A stretch of DNA of 36,238 nucleotides from Lophium mytilinum. Its lineage: Eukaryota. Every line of letters begins with the position of its first letter. The first letter of the stretch is position 1. The notes under the pieces were generated by a model. That model did no database searches and was not told the DNA's origin. It was given only the letters and a program-made list of their open reading frames with translations. The translations under genes were made by a program, and so were the position numbers. This document shows positions 24,550-36,238 of the stretch, one piece after another. The stretch lies in NCBI GenBank assembly GCA_010093605.1, contig MU004187.1, positions 1,620,018-1,656,255 of the forward strand, written 5' to 3'.

Positions 24550-27032
24550 ATACTTTCTCTATCTCTTACTATAGCTCTATAGCCTCTATAGCTAGCCTAT
24601 TATTCTATAGCTAAGAATATGCATACGGCGCTTTAGGCGCACGCCTTAGTGTAAGGCTATAGCTTAGTAAAGTTCTATACTAAATCTAATAAAGAGAAAG
24701 TAATTTAAAAAGTATAGTACTAGTACGCTTTTATAGGCTTCTATCTACCTATAAATTATATTTATAATATAGCTACTATAAAGAGCGGCTGTTCTATATA
24801 TAGAACTCTTACCCGCTAGCTAGAGAGTACCTAGATATAGTAAATAGTAGAGGCCTCTTACTACAGGCATAAACCTATACTTAAAGTATTAGCTTTACTA
24901 GAACTACAGCGCCTTAAGCGCACGGATAAGGTAAAGAAGCTTATTTATAATAACCTCTCTAGCGGCGGTGCGCCGTAGGCTATATATACTAAGCTACTTA
25001 AGAAGGGGGTAAATATTACTAAGAATAATATTATAAATAAGCGGAAATTATATAGAAAAGAACTTCTTAATAGCCTTACGCCTATCTAGGTACTACTCTA
25101 CACGTTAGAAATGTATAGTAGTAATAGAGAGGCGGGTAAGTTCTTCTATAGCTATTCTCTAGATAGTAATAAGCGTGTAGATTACCTCTTCTTTATATAT
25201 TCTTAGTCTATTAAGCTTCTTTAGTCTAACTATAATATTATTCTCCTTAATTACATGTATAAAACTAACTAGTTTAGTATACTATTACTCTACGTAACAG
25301 GTATTATATATATAGAAACTAGCTTTAAGATTATATATTATTTTATTCTAAGAGAGAAGAATCTAAACTATAACTAGGTAGTATAATAGCTTTATAAGCT
25401 CTTTTAAATATATTTACTACGCCTACGCGTTTTTCTAATAGATAAGAAAGCCGCGTTAAAGAAGGCCCTAAGAGCTAAGTAGCTAATAGTTCTATAGCTG
25501 CTCTATATATAGCATATTAATAAGAACTTTATTACTAAGCTAGCTAAGGTATATAAAGAGAAGCCTATATATAAGCTAGATAGCGTACTACCTGCGCCTA
25601 TATTAGATAAAGAGAAAGTAGCTATATAGAAAAAGAAATAGGAGAAAAAGAATGCATTTCTAGCCTGCTAGAACGCTCTAGTTAAGAAGGTTAATAAGAA
25701 TAAGTTTAAGAGTATATAGAAGAAGCTATAAGAGAACTATAAGAAAAGGCTAGAGCTAGTTAAGTATATAGATAAGAAGTAGTAGTTATATAGGCGGTAG
25801 TAGGCGTACTACTATATAAAGAGCACTTAGTACTTTAATACTATATAAGTAATTTTTCTTAATATTAAGATATCTAAATTTAATGCTTAAACTTTGCATA
25901 GGGTCTATATATATGCTAAATAAGTAGCGCTAAAGAGAATAAGAGTATAACTTAAAGAATAACTAAGAAATAAAGAAGTAGTAGAGGTATATAATGCTAA
26001 CTTAATTTCTTATAGTATTATATTACGGAATAAGGGCGGCCATAGCATGCTTAAGAAGTACCTCCAGGTCTCTACTAGCTACCTATTTAACGTTCTCCTT
26101 AATATACTTAACCTTATACTTAATAGTAAGGCTCTCTACCTAGATAAGAAGGCCGCGTAGTATATCTAATAGCCTTACAATATTAATATACCTAAATTCT
26201 ATAATCTAAAGTTTAAGATAGCACTATATATACTGCGCTTTCTTACACCTTAAGTATATAAAGTAAAGATAGCTAAGTACTAACTATAGAGCTATACTTA
26301 TATATTTAAGAGAATCTATAGCCTCCCTTATATATATACGCTGCATAATCGCCTTTACTAAGCGCTTAGTATTATTAAGAATAGTATTCTATATATTTAA
26401 CCTTAAGAGATTAATTACTATTAGTAGTTTAATTAGCCTAGTATTCTATAGCTAGTAATAGAGCTTTCTTTTATAAATATATAAGATCTAGAGGTTATTA
26501 TAGTTTATAAGGGCTGCCTAAAGAAGTAGAGAAGAGGCTACTATATAGATAATAGTATATAGAGAGATCTATTAAGATTTAAGCTTACTATAAGTATAAG
26601 TATATAGAGTAGACCTATAGGCATGCCTCTAGAATACATGCCGATAGCTTAGCCGCTAGAATAGCCTATTTCTATAGCCCCCCGTCTAGCTTCTATTACT
26701 TAGAGTGCTTCTTAGTCGGCCGCTACACTAGCTATTATAGAATTTAATAATTTACTTACTAATCCGCCTGAGTTTAAGTATATAGTTATAGCTAGGCCCC
26801 CCCCTATTACTATACCTACGCCTGTATCTACTACTGCATCTACTACTATACCTAAGAAGCGTAGCCGGCCGGCTAGTATAAAGAATAAGGCACCTAGAAA
26901 GAAGGTAGCACTATAGAAAGGGGCTGCGCAGCGTTATAATAGCGCTTATTCTAAGCCTTAGCTAGCTTCTTAGCCTTAGCTAGCTTCTTAGTCTTAGGCA
27001 GTGCCTGCGCTACTTTCTATTAAGAAGCTCTA
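24550..27032 (+). pseudogene. MULE transposase (FAR1-like N-terminus, DDE core, SWIM-like Cys/His motif, AT-hook-like tail), one intron
   Basis: LL(D)(C)(T)YKTN at ~25243; FL(T)DK(E)AALKKAL...L(C)I(W)HINKN at 25432-25527; (T)(S)RN(E)GGHSMLK at 26020; (G)LP(C)x(H) at ~26320; KKR(G)RP at ~26854. Ends approximate. Confidence 0.92.
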
Positions 27033-27254
27033 ATATTAGATAGCATTATATAATTAGTATATAGAGGCGTTAATAGATTAGAATAGCTAGAGAGGCGCGG
27101 CAGTAATATAGGGGGGCCAGGTTTAATATAGAGAGGCCGTAATAAGGTAAGAATTTAACTATTTTAGTATACTTATAGGTATATAGGTATATAGATAGTA
27201 ATATAATAGCCTATATATACTATAGAAAATAGAAAGTATATATAGTAAAATAGG

Positions 27255-27372
27255 TATACTATATAGCCTTACTATAACTATAGCCTTATATATAGCCTTA
27301 TATACTCTATAGCCTTATATAAGGCCTTACGTAAGGCTAACCTATATATATAGCCTTATCTATAGCCTTAAT
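27255..27372. repeat. Subterminal short repeats (tatagcctta-like) of the MULE
   Basis: Several tatagcctta / aggcctta units between the transposase and the right TIR. Confidence 0.7.
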
Positions 27373-27558
27373 AGGCTACTAGAAATAGTAAGAATATATA
27401 ATAAAATAGTAAGGCTATATAGCCTTTCTATTTTAAGCGCTAGAGTAGTAATCCAAGCCCTCTAGACTAATTAGAAGATTAGACGGGAGAAGAGTATATA
27501 TCTACTAATATTAGGGGGTGTTAATATATAATAGGAGGGTATAGAAATACTCGTGCCT

Positions 27559-29251
27559 ATAATAATACTACTAATAATACTAATAATAACTCTAAAACTA
27601 AACCTACTAACTAAAGACTAAGTAGAATATCTATACTAATATCTAAGTACTTATTAAAGAAGCCTATAGCATATAGAACTCTCTATAGAATAAACCTATA
27701 TTCTCTAACCCTAAGATAAATAACGCCCTTAAGTACCTCTAGAACTTCGCCGGGCGCGTACTAGCTAGCCTTTTAGGCACTGCGGAGGATCTATAATAAA
27801 CGCTATAGAGAAAGATAATAAAAATAATAGAGAAAATATAGAAGGGCGTATAGGCGCTATCTATATAAGAAATAACCTATATAGTAGTAACGGCGGTAGA
27901 AAGAAATAGTAAAACTATAGAAAATAGAGAGTATATAATATAGACTACCTATAAAATTACTATATATATTAAGGATAAGAAGAAACGCGCTATAATAAAT
28001 AAGAACTTAAATGTAACTATTATCTATAAGCTCTAAGTAGTAGAAGAGCCTAATATAATAAAGATCTATAGCATTAGAAAGCTCTAGAGTAGAGATATAA
28101 AGGCCTATATACTAGACGCAACCGCTAAGAAAGCCCTATTAAAGAAGAAGAAATAGATAAAGGTTCTAGGTAAAATAGTATAAATCTAACTACCTAAGGT
28201 CCTTCTAGAGGTGCATAGAGTACCTAAAGAGATGGACCTAAAGAATCTAATACTATAAAGTAGTATTATATAAGATAATAAGGTACTATATCTAGACCTA
28301 GCTATATATAAGATTATATAGAAGTACCTAAATTAGATCTAGGCTATTAGAAATAACCCTAAATAGTGCGCCTTATTAGCTATAGTTACTATAGATATAG
28401 AGGTAATAGTAAATAAGATTATAGATAGCGGGCTAGTATAGAATAGATATATACTAGAGGCTATAAAGTATAAGGTAGGCTTTATAGCTATCTAATACTT
28501 TTAATGCTAGAGCTATAGGCACGTTGCTAGATACTATAAGAAAAAGGTAGTATACGCGGCGTGCGCAGGAGCTTATAATATAAAATAATGCATAGAGGAG
28601 AGCATTAGAAAGTGCGCTAACTATAAGAGAAGCTATCTATTATATAGTGCGGCGTGCACTATAAGAAAGAATACTTAACTAAAAGCTAATATAAAGAGGT
28701 AGGTAGCACTAATCTACTATAGGGCTAATAATAGCTCTAATAATAATACTAATAATACGCCGGGTATAGTAATATTCTAATCTATAATAGAATTATAAGC
28801 TCTTAATATAGTAAATAGAAAGAGAAAGGCTACTAAGAATAGTAATATACTAGATAGTAGCACCCTAAAAAGAGTAGAACGCCCCCCTATATCTACTATA
28901 TTTACCGCGTATAAGGACCTAAAATAACTAAAGATAAATAGAGTGCTATAGTCTACCTATACTATATAGACTATCTAATTAATATATACTTTCTATTTAA
29001 TATAGTAGCCTAACTATAATAACCTATAGCCTTACTATAATAGCCCGCAGCCTTTCTATAGAACCCTGTAGCCTACCTATAAAATGCTATACTACTCTTA
29101 AATAATAACCTATAGTAATAACGCTAGACTATTATAATTTAATATAACTTAGGTACTATCTACCTAGAAAGAAGAGGCAGCAAGCTATTAGCTCTATACT
29201 AAGGCTAGCCGGGCTATAATAAATAACCCTAAAGACTCTATAGATACCTAA
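27559..29251 (+). pseudogene. LINE ORF1, copy 2 (portion after the MULE; first codons at ~24248-24337)
   Basis: Three CCHC knuckles at 28493-28657; in-frame TAA at 29249-29251. Confidence 0.85.
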
Positions 29252-31785
29252 TATTAGGGCAACCTAATATACTTACTATTATATAGTATAATATTAATAA
29301 GAGCTAAGAGACCTAAAGGGAGTTCCTTAAGAAGATAGAGGCGGCCTAGCTCTAGCCGTTAGTACTAGCTATATAAGAACTATAGAAGAATACCTAGAAA
29401 TATACCTTACTATATATAAAATTATACTACCTACTATATAGAGAAAGCCTAAAAGCTAGAATATATATATATATTAATAAGTGCCTAAACCTAGGCTAAT
29501 AGACTATAGAGTACTACTTACTAAATCTTATTACTCTCTCCCTCTAGGCCGGGGGAGAGGATATTTAAATTTATAATATCTATAACCTAAAGCTATATAG
29601 AATTATAGCTACGCTACCCCCTATACTATATAAGAAGGTAGAGTATATACTTATAGGCGATATAAATCTATACTACCTATTCTAGAAAGAAATATAGGTA
29701 ATTAGTATAGAAGAGTAAGCTAAGAAGCTTATTTATATTATAATAGAAGTAGGCCTAACTTTAGCTATAGAGGAGGGTATAGAAATATAGGCGAGAGAAA
29801 TATAGTAGACTATAATTAACCTTATATTTATATCTAAATAGCTAATAGAATAAATAACATCCTACATAGTTTAAAAGAAGTAGAACTATTACTTAGACTA
29901 CCACCCTATATACACAGAATTTAATATTACACTACTACTAGCAACTAAATAGCCCCTACGCCGGCTATAGAAGAATATTATATAGAAGGATATATAGAAG
30001 TATCTTATAGCCTAGCTAGTTAAGCTAGAAAACTAGAATAACCCCCTAGATAATAAAAAAGAAGAAGACCTAGATAACTTTATACGCATTCTCTACTAAC
30101 TTATTAAAATTACTATTAATACTATAGTACTAATAGTATAGCCCTTATAGCACGCATTACTATTCTAGACTAAGGAGTACTTAAAGAAGGTATATAAGAC
30201 TAGGCGGGCGTATAGAATATAGTACTTATTATACTCTATAAAGGACTAGATATTATACTAGATCTAGTATAACTATAAGAAAAGAGCTATATAGAAAGAG
30301 AGTACTAAGATATAGCGCTATATAGTAGAGAAGGTAATAAATAACTCTAAAGGGGTATAGAAACTAGCTAAATAGGGCTATATAGTTAGAAAGGAATTAA
30401 GGCCCCCTTCTTAATTTCCCCCCCTTTTCTAGCTAGGTAACTCTACCCTATATATAGATAATAAGATAAAAGTATATATACTTACTAAATAGTTCTTTCT
30501 ACTACTAGTAGAAGCTAACCTATCTAATCTAGAAGGGTTCTAATATCTAGAACTATATACTACTTCTATAGAAGTTACTATAGAAGATATACTCTTAGCA
30601 CTAATAGAAATTACGCTAGATAAGGCCTCTAGAATTATAGAAATTATAAATAGATTTCTAAAGAAGTATAAAATATAACTAGTACTAGTACTTGCCTACT
30701 TCTTTATAAAGTACCTATATAGAGAACACTACCCCTATCTATTTAAAGAATTAATTATAGTAGTTCTATATAAACCCTAGAAAGCGTTCTATATAATAGT
30801 AAAAGCCTATAGGCCTATTACACTGCTAGAAATAATAGGTAAGCTATTTAAACGCATTATAGCTAAGAGGCTCTTTAAGATAGTAGAGGAAAAGGGCATA
30901 CTACTACCTAGCTAAATAGAGGCACGGCTAGAACACTCTATATAGATAGTACTTAAACTTTTTATAGAATAAATCTATACTATATAGAAAGGAAACCTAT
31001 AGCTTATAGTATTACTTCTTAGCCTAGATATATTAGAAGCGTTTAATTAAGTCTTATATAAATAAATAATATATAATCTATAGGTCTAGAGTATACTAGA
31101 GTAGATAATAAGATTTACTAGGTCCTTTCTATAAGACTATATAACTAGGCTCTCTATAGAAAGCTATATAGTAGAACTAATTATAGTTACTATAGGTATT
31201 CTATAGGGCTCCTTTCTATTACCTATTCTCTTTCTTTTCTTTACTAGTATACTACTGCTAACCCTTTAGAATAGTAATATAATAGCCTATAGGTTTATAG
31301 ATAATATAAATATTCTTATATATAGTAGAACTATAGAGGCGAACTATAGAGCTATTAAGAGAGCCTATAATAGATGCATAGAATAGGTAAGAAAGTATAG
31401 CGTAGTATTTATACTAGATAAATATTACCTAATATACTTTATAAGAGCCTATAAAGAAGTTAATCTAAGAGCTATAGTTAATATATAAGGCTTTATAGAG
31501 GGCCCTATAATAGACCTAAGAGTACTAGGGATATAGGTAGACTTAAAGCTTAAATAGGGCCCGCACATTAGTATTATAAAGAATAAAGCTATAACCTAGA
31601 TAGGGGCACTTACGCGGCTTATAGTATCTACCTAGGGCGCTAGCTTTAGAAAAGCACGCCTAATATACTTAGTAGTAGTCCGGCCTGCTATTATATATAG
31701 ATGCACTACCTAGTATACTATACTAGGCATGCTAGAGTAGCTTAGTAAGATAAAAATTAAGTAGCTTAAAATAACCTAGAACTAA
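29251..31785 (+). pseudogene. LINE ORF2 (APE endonuclease + reverse transcriptase), runs into a gap
   Basis: (Q)YN(V)NKS at 29284, VLAI(Q)E(P)(W) ~29362, GD(M)NL(H)(H)P ~29656, (S)D(H)HPI ~29893, YRPITLL 30808, GI(P)(Q)GS ~31195, (G)F(V)D(D) at 31291, in frame with 29251. Confidence 0.95.
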
Positions 31786-32677
31786 NNNNNNNNNNNNNNN
31801 NNNNNNNNNNNNNNNNNNNNNNNNNNNNNNNNNNNNNNNNNNNNNNNNNNNNNNNNNNNNNNNNNNNNNNNNNNNNNNNNNNNNNNNNNNNNNNNNNNNN
31901 NNNNNNNNNNNNNNNNNNNNNNNNNNNNNNNNNNNNNNNNNNNNNNNNNNNNNNNNNNNNNNNNNNNNNNNNNNNNNNNNNNNNNNNNNNNNNNNNNNNN
32001 NNNNNNNNNNNNNNNNNNNNNNNNNNNNNNNNNNNNNNNNNNNNNNNNNNNNNNNNNNNNNNNNNNNNNNNNNNNNNNNNNNNNNNNNNNNNNNNNNNNN
32101 NNNNNNNNNNNNNNNNNNNNNNNNNNNNNNNNNNNNNNNNNNNNNNNNNNNNNNNNNNNNNNNNNNNNNNNNNNNNNNNNNNNNNNNNNNNNNNNNNNNN
32201 NNNNNNNNNNNNNNNNNNNNNNNNNNNNNNNNNNNNNNNNNNNNNNNNNNNNNNNNNNNNNNNNNNNNNNNNNNNNNNNNNNNNNNNNNNNNNNNNNNNN
32301 NNNNNNNNNNNNNNNNNNNNNNNNNNNNNNNNNNNNNNNNNNNNNNNNNNNNNNNNNNNNNNNNNNNNNNNNNNNNNNNNNNNNNNNNNNNNNNNNNNNN
32401 NNNNNNNNNNNNNNNNNNNNNNNNNNNNNNNNNNNNNNNNNNNNNNNNNNNNNNNNNNNNNNNNNNNNNNNNNNNNNNNNNNNNNNNNNNNNNNNNNNNN
32501 NNNNNNNNNNNNNNNNNNNNNNNNNNNNNNNNNNNNNNNNNNNNNNNNNNNNNNNNNNNNNNNNNNNNNNNNNNNNNNNNNNNNNNNNNNNNNNNNNNNN
32601 NNNNNNNNNNNNNNNNNNNNNNNNNNNNNNNNNNNNNNNNNNNNNNNNNNNNNNNNNNNNNNNNNNNNNNNNNNNNN
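31786..32677. other. Assembly gap
   Basis: N run. Confidence 1.
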
Positions 32678-33572
32678 TATACTATAGCGGGCCTTAGCGC
32701 CCCCTCTTAACTAGTACTTAGTATAGATAGTTAGCTTTAGGTCTCTACTATATACTCTATAATATATACTTTCTATATACTTTCTATCCCTTATAGCTCT
32801 TCTATTTTTAAATAGCCTATCTACTTTATAACAGTATATATACGCGGCTTTCTCCCTTCTACTATTAGTTAGTTATACTATAAGGGCTTATACTTACTAT
32901 AAGCGGCTATATACTTTCTAATTATAGACTATAAACTATATACTCTATACTCTTAGCCCTTCTATAGCTATTAGCTATACTATAGAGGCTTATATATGCT
33001 ACTATAGCTATAAACTCTATATAGCTGCTTATAGCCCTTCTACTCTTATAGCCTACCTATAAACTATATACTTTCTATATACCTCTACTATATACTACCT
33101 ATATACTATATAGCTTTTCTATCTCTAATAGCCTACACGGCTACTATTTATTTTACCTTATTACCTTAGATAAAGGCCCCGTAAGCGCACTACTTATATG
33201 CAGGCCCTTATACTAATTCTATACTAGCCTTGCATCTAGATTCTACTTAGCCTAAACCTAGAAGAATAATAATAAACCTTTCTAGATAGATATAGAAAGA
33301 CGCATCTTAATAGCTTATTCTATAGTAGTTTTTATAGACCTACTATATATTCTCTATAGTAAAATATAAAGAAAAAGGGCGCCTAACACTAGATATAATA
33401 GAGGATAAGGTTTTTACCTAAACGCTGCCTAGTAGTAAATAGTTTCCCCTTATAAATTAGCCTAGATAGAACAGCTATATAGACCCTAACAGGAGCTACA
33501 CTAGTATAATAGAATTTAATAATAATAATAATTAGTAATTATTATCTAATAAACTAATATAATTAATACTAG

Positions 33573-34000
33573 ATAATTATAAAGACTATACTAACTAAAA
33601 AGCTTATATAGTTATATTTATTGCTAATAGTTAAGTAATAGAAGTAATTTAATACTAGCTTTAAGTATAATTAAGATAATCTAGTAGCTATTAATATTCT
33701 AGTTGCAAACTAGAAGACTAGAGAAGTAGAAGGCTCTAACTTTACTTTTTAATATATATGCATAATAGTTATAGAGCTATAGACTATATCTAGCCTTAAG
33801 GTATAAATTATATCTAGAGTATAGTAGAAGAACTAGAAGTCTAATAAAATATATAGTATTATTCTTACCTATATAGGGGGTAATAACCTAGTAGATATAC
33901 TAGCTTAGTTCTATATAGTTAATAATAATAAGTTTATATATAAGGTTATATAAAGTATACTAAAAAAAAAGGAAAACTAAGAGACTATTAGTACTAAGGT
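33573..34000 (+). pseudogene. SNF2-family helicase pseudogene, segment 3 (helicase C-terminal domain); 3' end undetermined
   Basis: After acceptor AG at 33571-33572: (Q)FN, I(D)ILVAN, motif V-like T(G)(G)VEGSNFT, E(P), motif VI-like (E)V(Q)I(V)SRV(W)(R)KN(Q)K. In frame with segment 2 after splicing. Confidence 0.75.
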
Positions 34001-34078
34001 AACTACTAAATATACTAATTATATAGTATATATAGTTCTATAGTAGATATTATAAAATAAACTATTCTAACTTCTACT

Positions 34079-34963
34079 NNNNNNNNNNNNNNNNNNNNNN
34101 NNNNNNNNNNNNNNNNNNNNNNNNNNNNNNNNNNNNNNNNNNNNNNNNNNNNNNNNNNNNNNNNNNNNNNNNNNNNNNNNNNNNNNNNNNNNNNNNNNNN
34201 NNNNNNNNNNNNNNNNNNNNNNNNNNNNNNNNNNNNNNNNNNNNNNNNNNNNNNNNNNNNNNNNNNNNNNNNNNNNNNNNNNNNNNNNNNNNNNNNNNNN
34301 NNNNNNNNNNNNNNNNNNNNNNNNNNNNNNNNNNNNNNNNNNNNNNNNNNNNNNNNNNNNNNNNNNNNNNNNNNNNNNNNNNNNNNNNNNNNNNNNNNNN
34401 NNNNNNNNNNNNNNNNNNNNNNNNNNNNNNNNNNNNNNNNNNNNNNNNNNNNNNNNNNNNNNNNNNNNNNNNNNNNNNNNNNNNNNNNNNNNNNNNNNNN
34501 NNNNNNNNNNNNNNNNNNNNNNNNNNNNNNNNNNNNNNNNNNNNNNNNNNNNNNNNNNNNNNNNNNNNNNNNNNNNNNNNNNNNNNNNNNNNNNNNNNNN
34601 NNNNNNNNNNNNNNNNNNNNNNNNNNNNNNNNNNNNNNNNNNNNNNNNNNNNNNNNNNNNNNNNNNNNNNNNNNNNNNNNNNNNNNNNNNNNNNNNNNNN
34701 NNNNNNNNNNNNNNNNNNNNNNNNNNNNNNNNNNNNNNNNNNNNNNNNNNNNNNNNNNNNNNNNNNNNNNNNNNNNNNNNNNNNNNNNNNNNNNNNNNNN
34801 NNNNNNNNNNNNNNNNNNNNNNNNNNNNNNNNNNNNNNNNNNNNNNNNNNNNNNNNNNNNNNNNNNNNNNNNNNNNNNNNNNNNNNNNNNNNNNNNNNNN
34901 NNNNNNNNNNNNNNNNNNNNNNNNNNNNNNNNNNNNNNNNNNNNNNNNNNNNNNNNNNNNNNN
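34079..34963. other. Assembly gap
   Basis: N run. Confidence 1.
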
Positions 34964-35008
34964 TAGCTCTCTTAATTTTAACGCCTGCTAACTAATAATA
35001 AATATATA

Positions 35009-35500
35009 GAACTTAATAAGTAAAAAAGAATATACTACTAGAATATTCTAAGATAGTAATACTATATTATCTTAGCTATCTAGCTATATCTTATCTCTTA
35101 CTAGAAAGAGAAAACGCAGTATAGAGAATAAGAATAGGTATATACCTATCTTCTAATCTAGTAATACTAACTTCCGCGTATAAATAGACTTTAAGCGTAA
35201 GATTAGCTTATATATATATTATAGCTACTCTACTAAGTAGTATATACTAATAAATATCTATTAGAGTGCCGCCGTAGTCTAAGATAAGATAGTAGCTAGA
35301 ATAGAAGCCTATAGGGCTATTAACTAAATAACTAGGTCTAATACCTTTATATTAAGCGGTCTACTATTCTTTTCTTCTACTAGCTGCTTCTTAGGTATAG
35401 ATAGAGGTACATCTATTTATAACTATATTAGCTCCCTTAGTATAAAATAATATAGTAAAATAATTTAGATATAGAATAGTATAAATAGGTATACTAAAGT
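35009..35500 (+). pseudogene. Possible RIPped exon of unknown identity
   Basis: Branch/acceptor-like tgctaac...tag ending ~35008, then a frame with only RIP-type stops containing RKRKRS. No family motif recognised. Confidence 0.3.
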
Positions 35501-36238
35501 ACTAACTATAGAGGTAAAATATATAGTAGTAGAAGAATAAATAAAATACTAGATACTTAAAAGTATAGTATTAAGTACTAATATAATTAGGAAATATAGT
35601 AATAACCTTATAGCCTAGACTAAGAGTATTAGGCTAGATATATTTTAGTAAGTACTAATATAAATATAGATAGATATCTATAAAGACTAACTATTCTATA
35701 CTTAAGCTAATATCTCTACTACTCTAGACTCTTTTTATGCGTAGAAGATATATTACTCTCTTTCTACTTCTATAACCTTATATAATAGCTAATTATAATA
35801 TATAACCTAGATTTATAATACTTTTAATTATTTCTATAATACTATAATAAAGGTTACTTATAATATTATATAAGAATACTATAGTCTTAGTTCTATAACT
35901 CTAAATATTACTAGTACTGCGTTAATACTAATAAAGAATTAGAACTATCTCTTTAGGGTAGATAAAAACTAAACTAAGGTTAGTTACTAACCTAGTATTA
36001 GATAGTATTCTAATAGATTATAGGGGCTACTAGTAATCTTTATAGCTAAGGCTATCTAGATAGTAGTTATAGACCTACTCTTTATAGAATAGTTTATAAA
36101 CGCCTTAGAGATATAAAAATACTTAAAAGAGTTTTTTAACCCTCTTTTAGGTAATACTATTATATATATATATACTTGCCTCTACTATACTATTAGTAAA
36201 TATACCTTAGGCTAGAAGTATATAAACCTAATTTATAG

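Larger units (their letters stand above)
24338..27558 (+). mobile_element. Complete Mutator/MULE DNA transposon (~3.2 kb)
   Basis: 69-bp TIRs (24338-24406 and 27490-27558, aggcacgagtatttctataccc...); absent from LINE copy 1 (empty site ~9631-9660). TSD probably ataataat (8 bp) but ambiguous by 1-2 bp because the site is a trinucleotide run. Confidence 0.95.
24145..33527 (+). mobile_element. Full-length Tad1-like LINE, copy 2 (contains a MULE and an assembly gap)
   Basis: 14-bp TSD ataattagtaatta at 24131-24144 and 33528-33541; short (AAT)n tail; 5' end matches copy 1; ORF1 and ORF2 motifs. Confidence 0.88.

Noticed and set aside
24337..27559. Tc1/mariner element with TA target duplication
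   Set aside because: TA does flank both ends, but the transposase motifs (DxTYKTN, CxWH) are Mutator-type.
32678..33150. Telomere-linked RecQ helicase C-terminus on the minus strand
   Set aside because: No convincing motif in any frame; no telomeric repeats in the window.
1..36238. Alternative genetic code (TAA/TAG read as Gln)
   Set aside because: Conserved Asp, Gly, Cys, His, Trp and Met codons are also changed by C>T/G>A transitions, and paired repeats differ by the same transitions; this is RIP.

Overview
Fungal (very probably ascomycete) repeat-rich DNA that is almost saturated by Repeat-Induced Point mutation (RIP): CpA/TpG are nearly absent, TpA is everywhere, and all long ORFs are full of TAA/TAG codons that revert to Gln/Trp/Arg. 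No intact gene is present, but reading through the RIP changes gives a clear nested structure. From left to right: (1) a minus-strand chromodomain Ty3/Gypsy element with a single gag-pol ORF (~1-7292); (2) the 3' end, PPT and LTR of a different plus-strand LTR element (7293-8339); (3) a 5' piece of a Tad1-like LINE (9462-11037, ends at a gap); and (4) a large, divergent SNF2-family helicase gene with a KE-rich coiled coil (~11590-34000). That gene is split by a complete Gypsy element (14162-22710, 5-bp TSD) and by a full-length copy of the same LINE sitting in one of its introns (24145-33527, 14-bp TSD). The LINE in turn carries a complete Mutator/MULE transposon (24338-27558). Removing the insertions restores the helicase reading frame across both junctions. 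Both ORFs in the supplied track are antisense shadows. All protein calls come from manual translation and motif recognition, not database searches. There are three assembly gaps.
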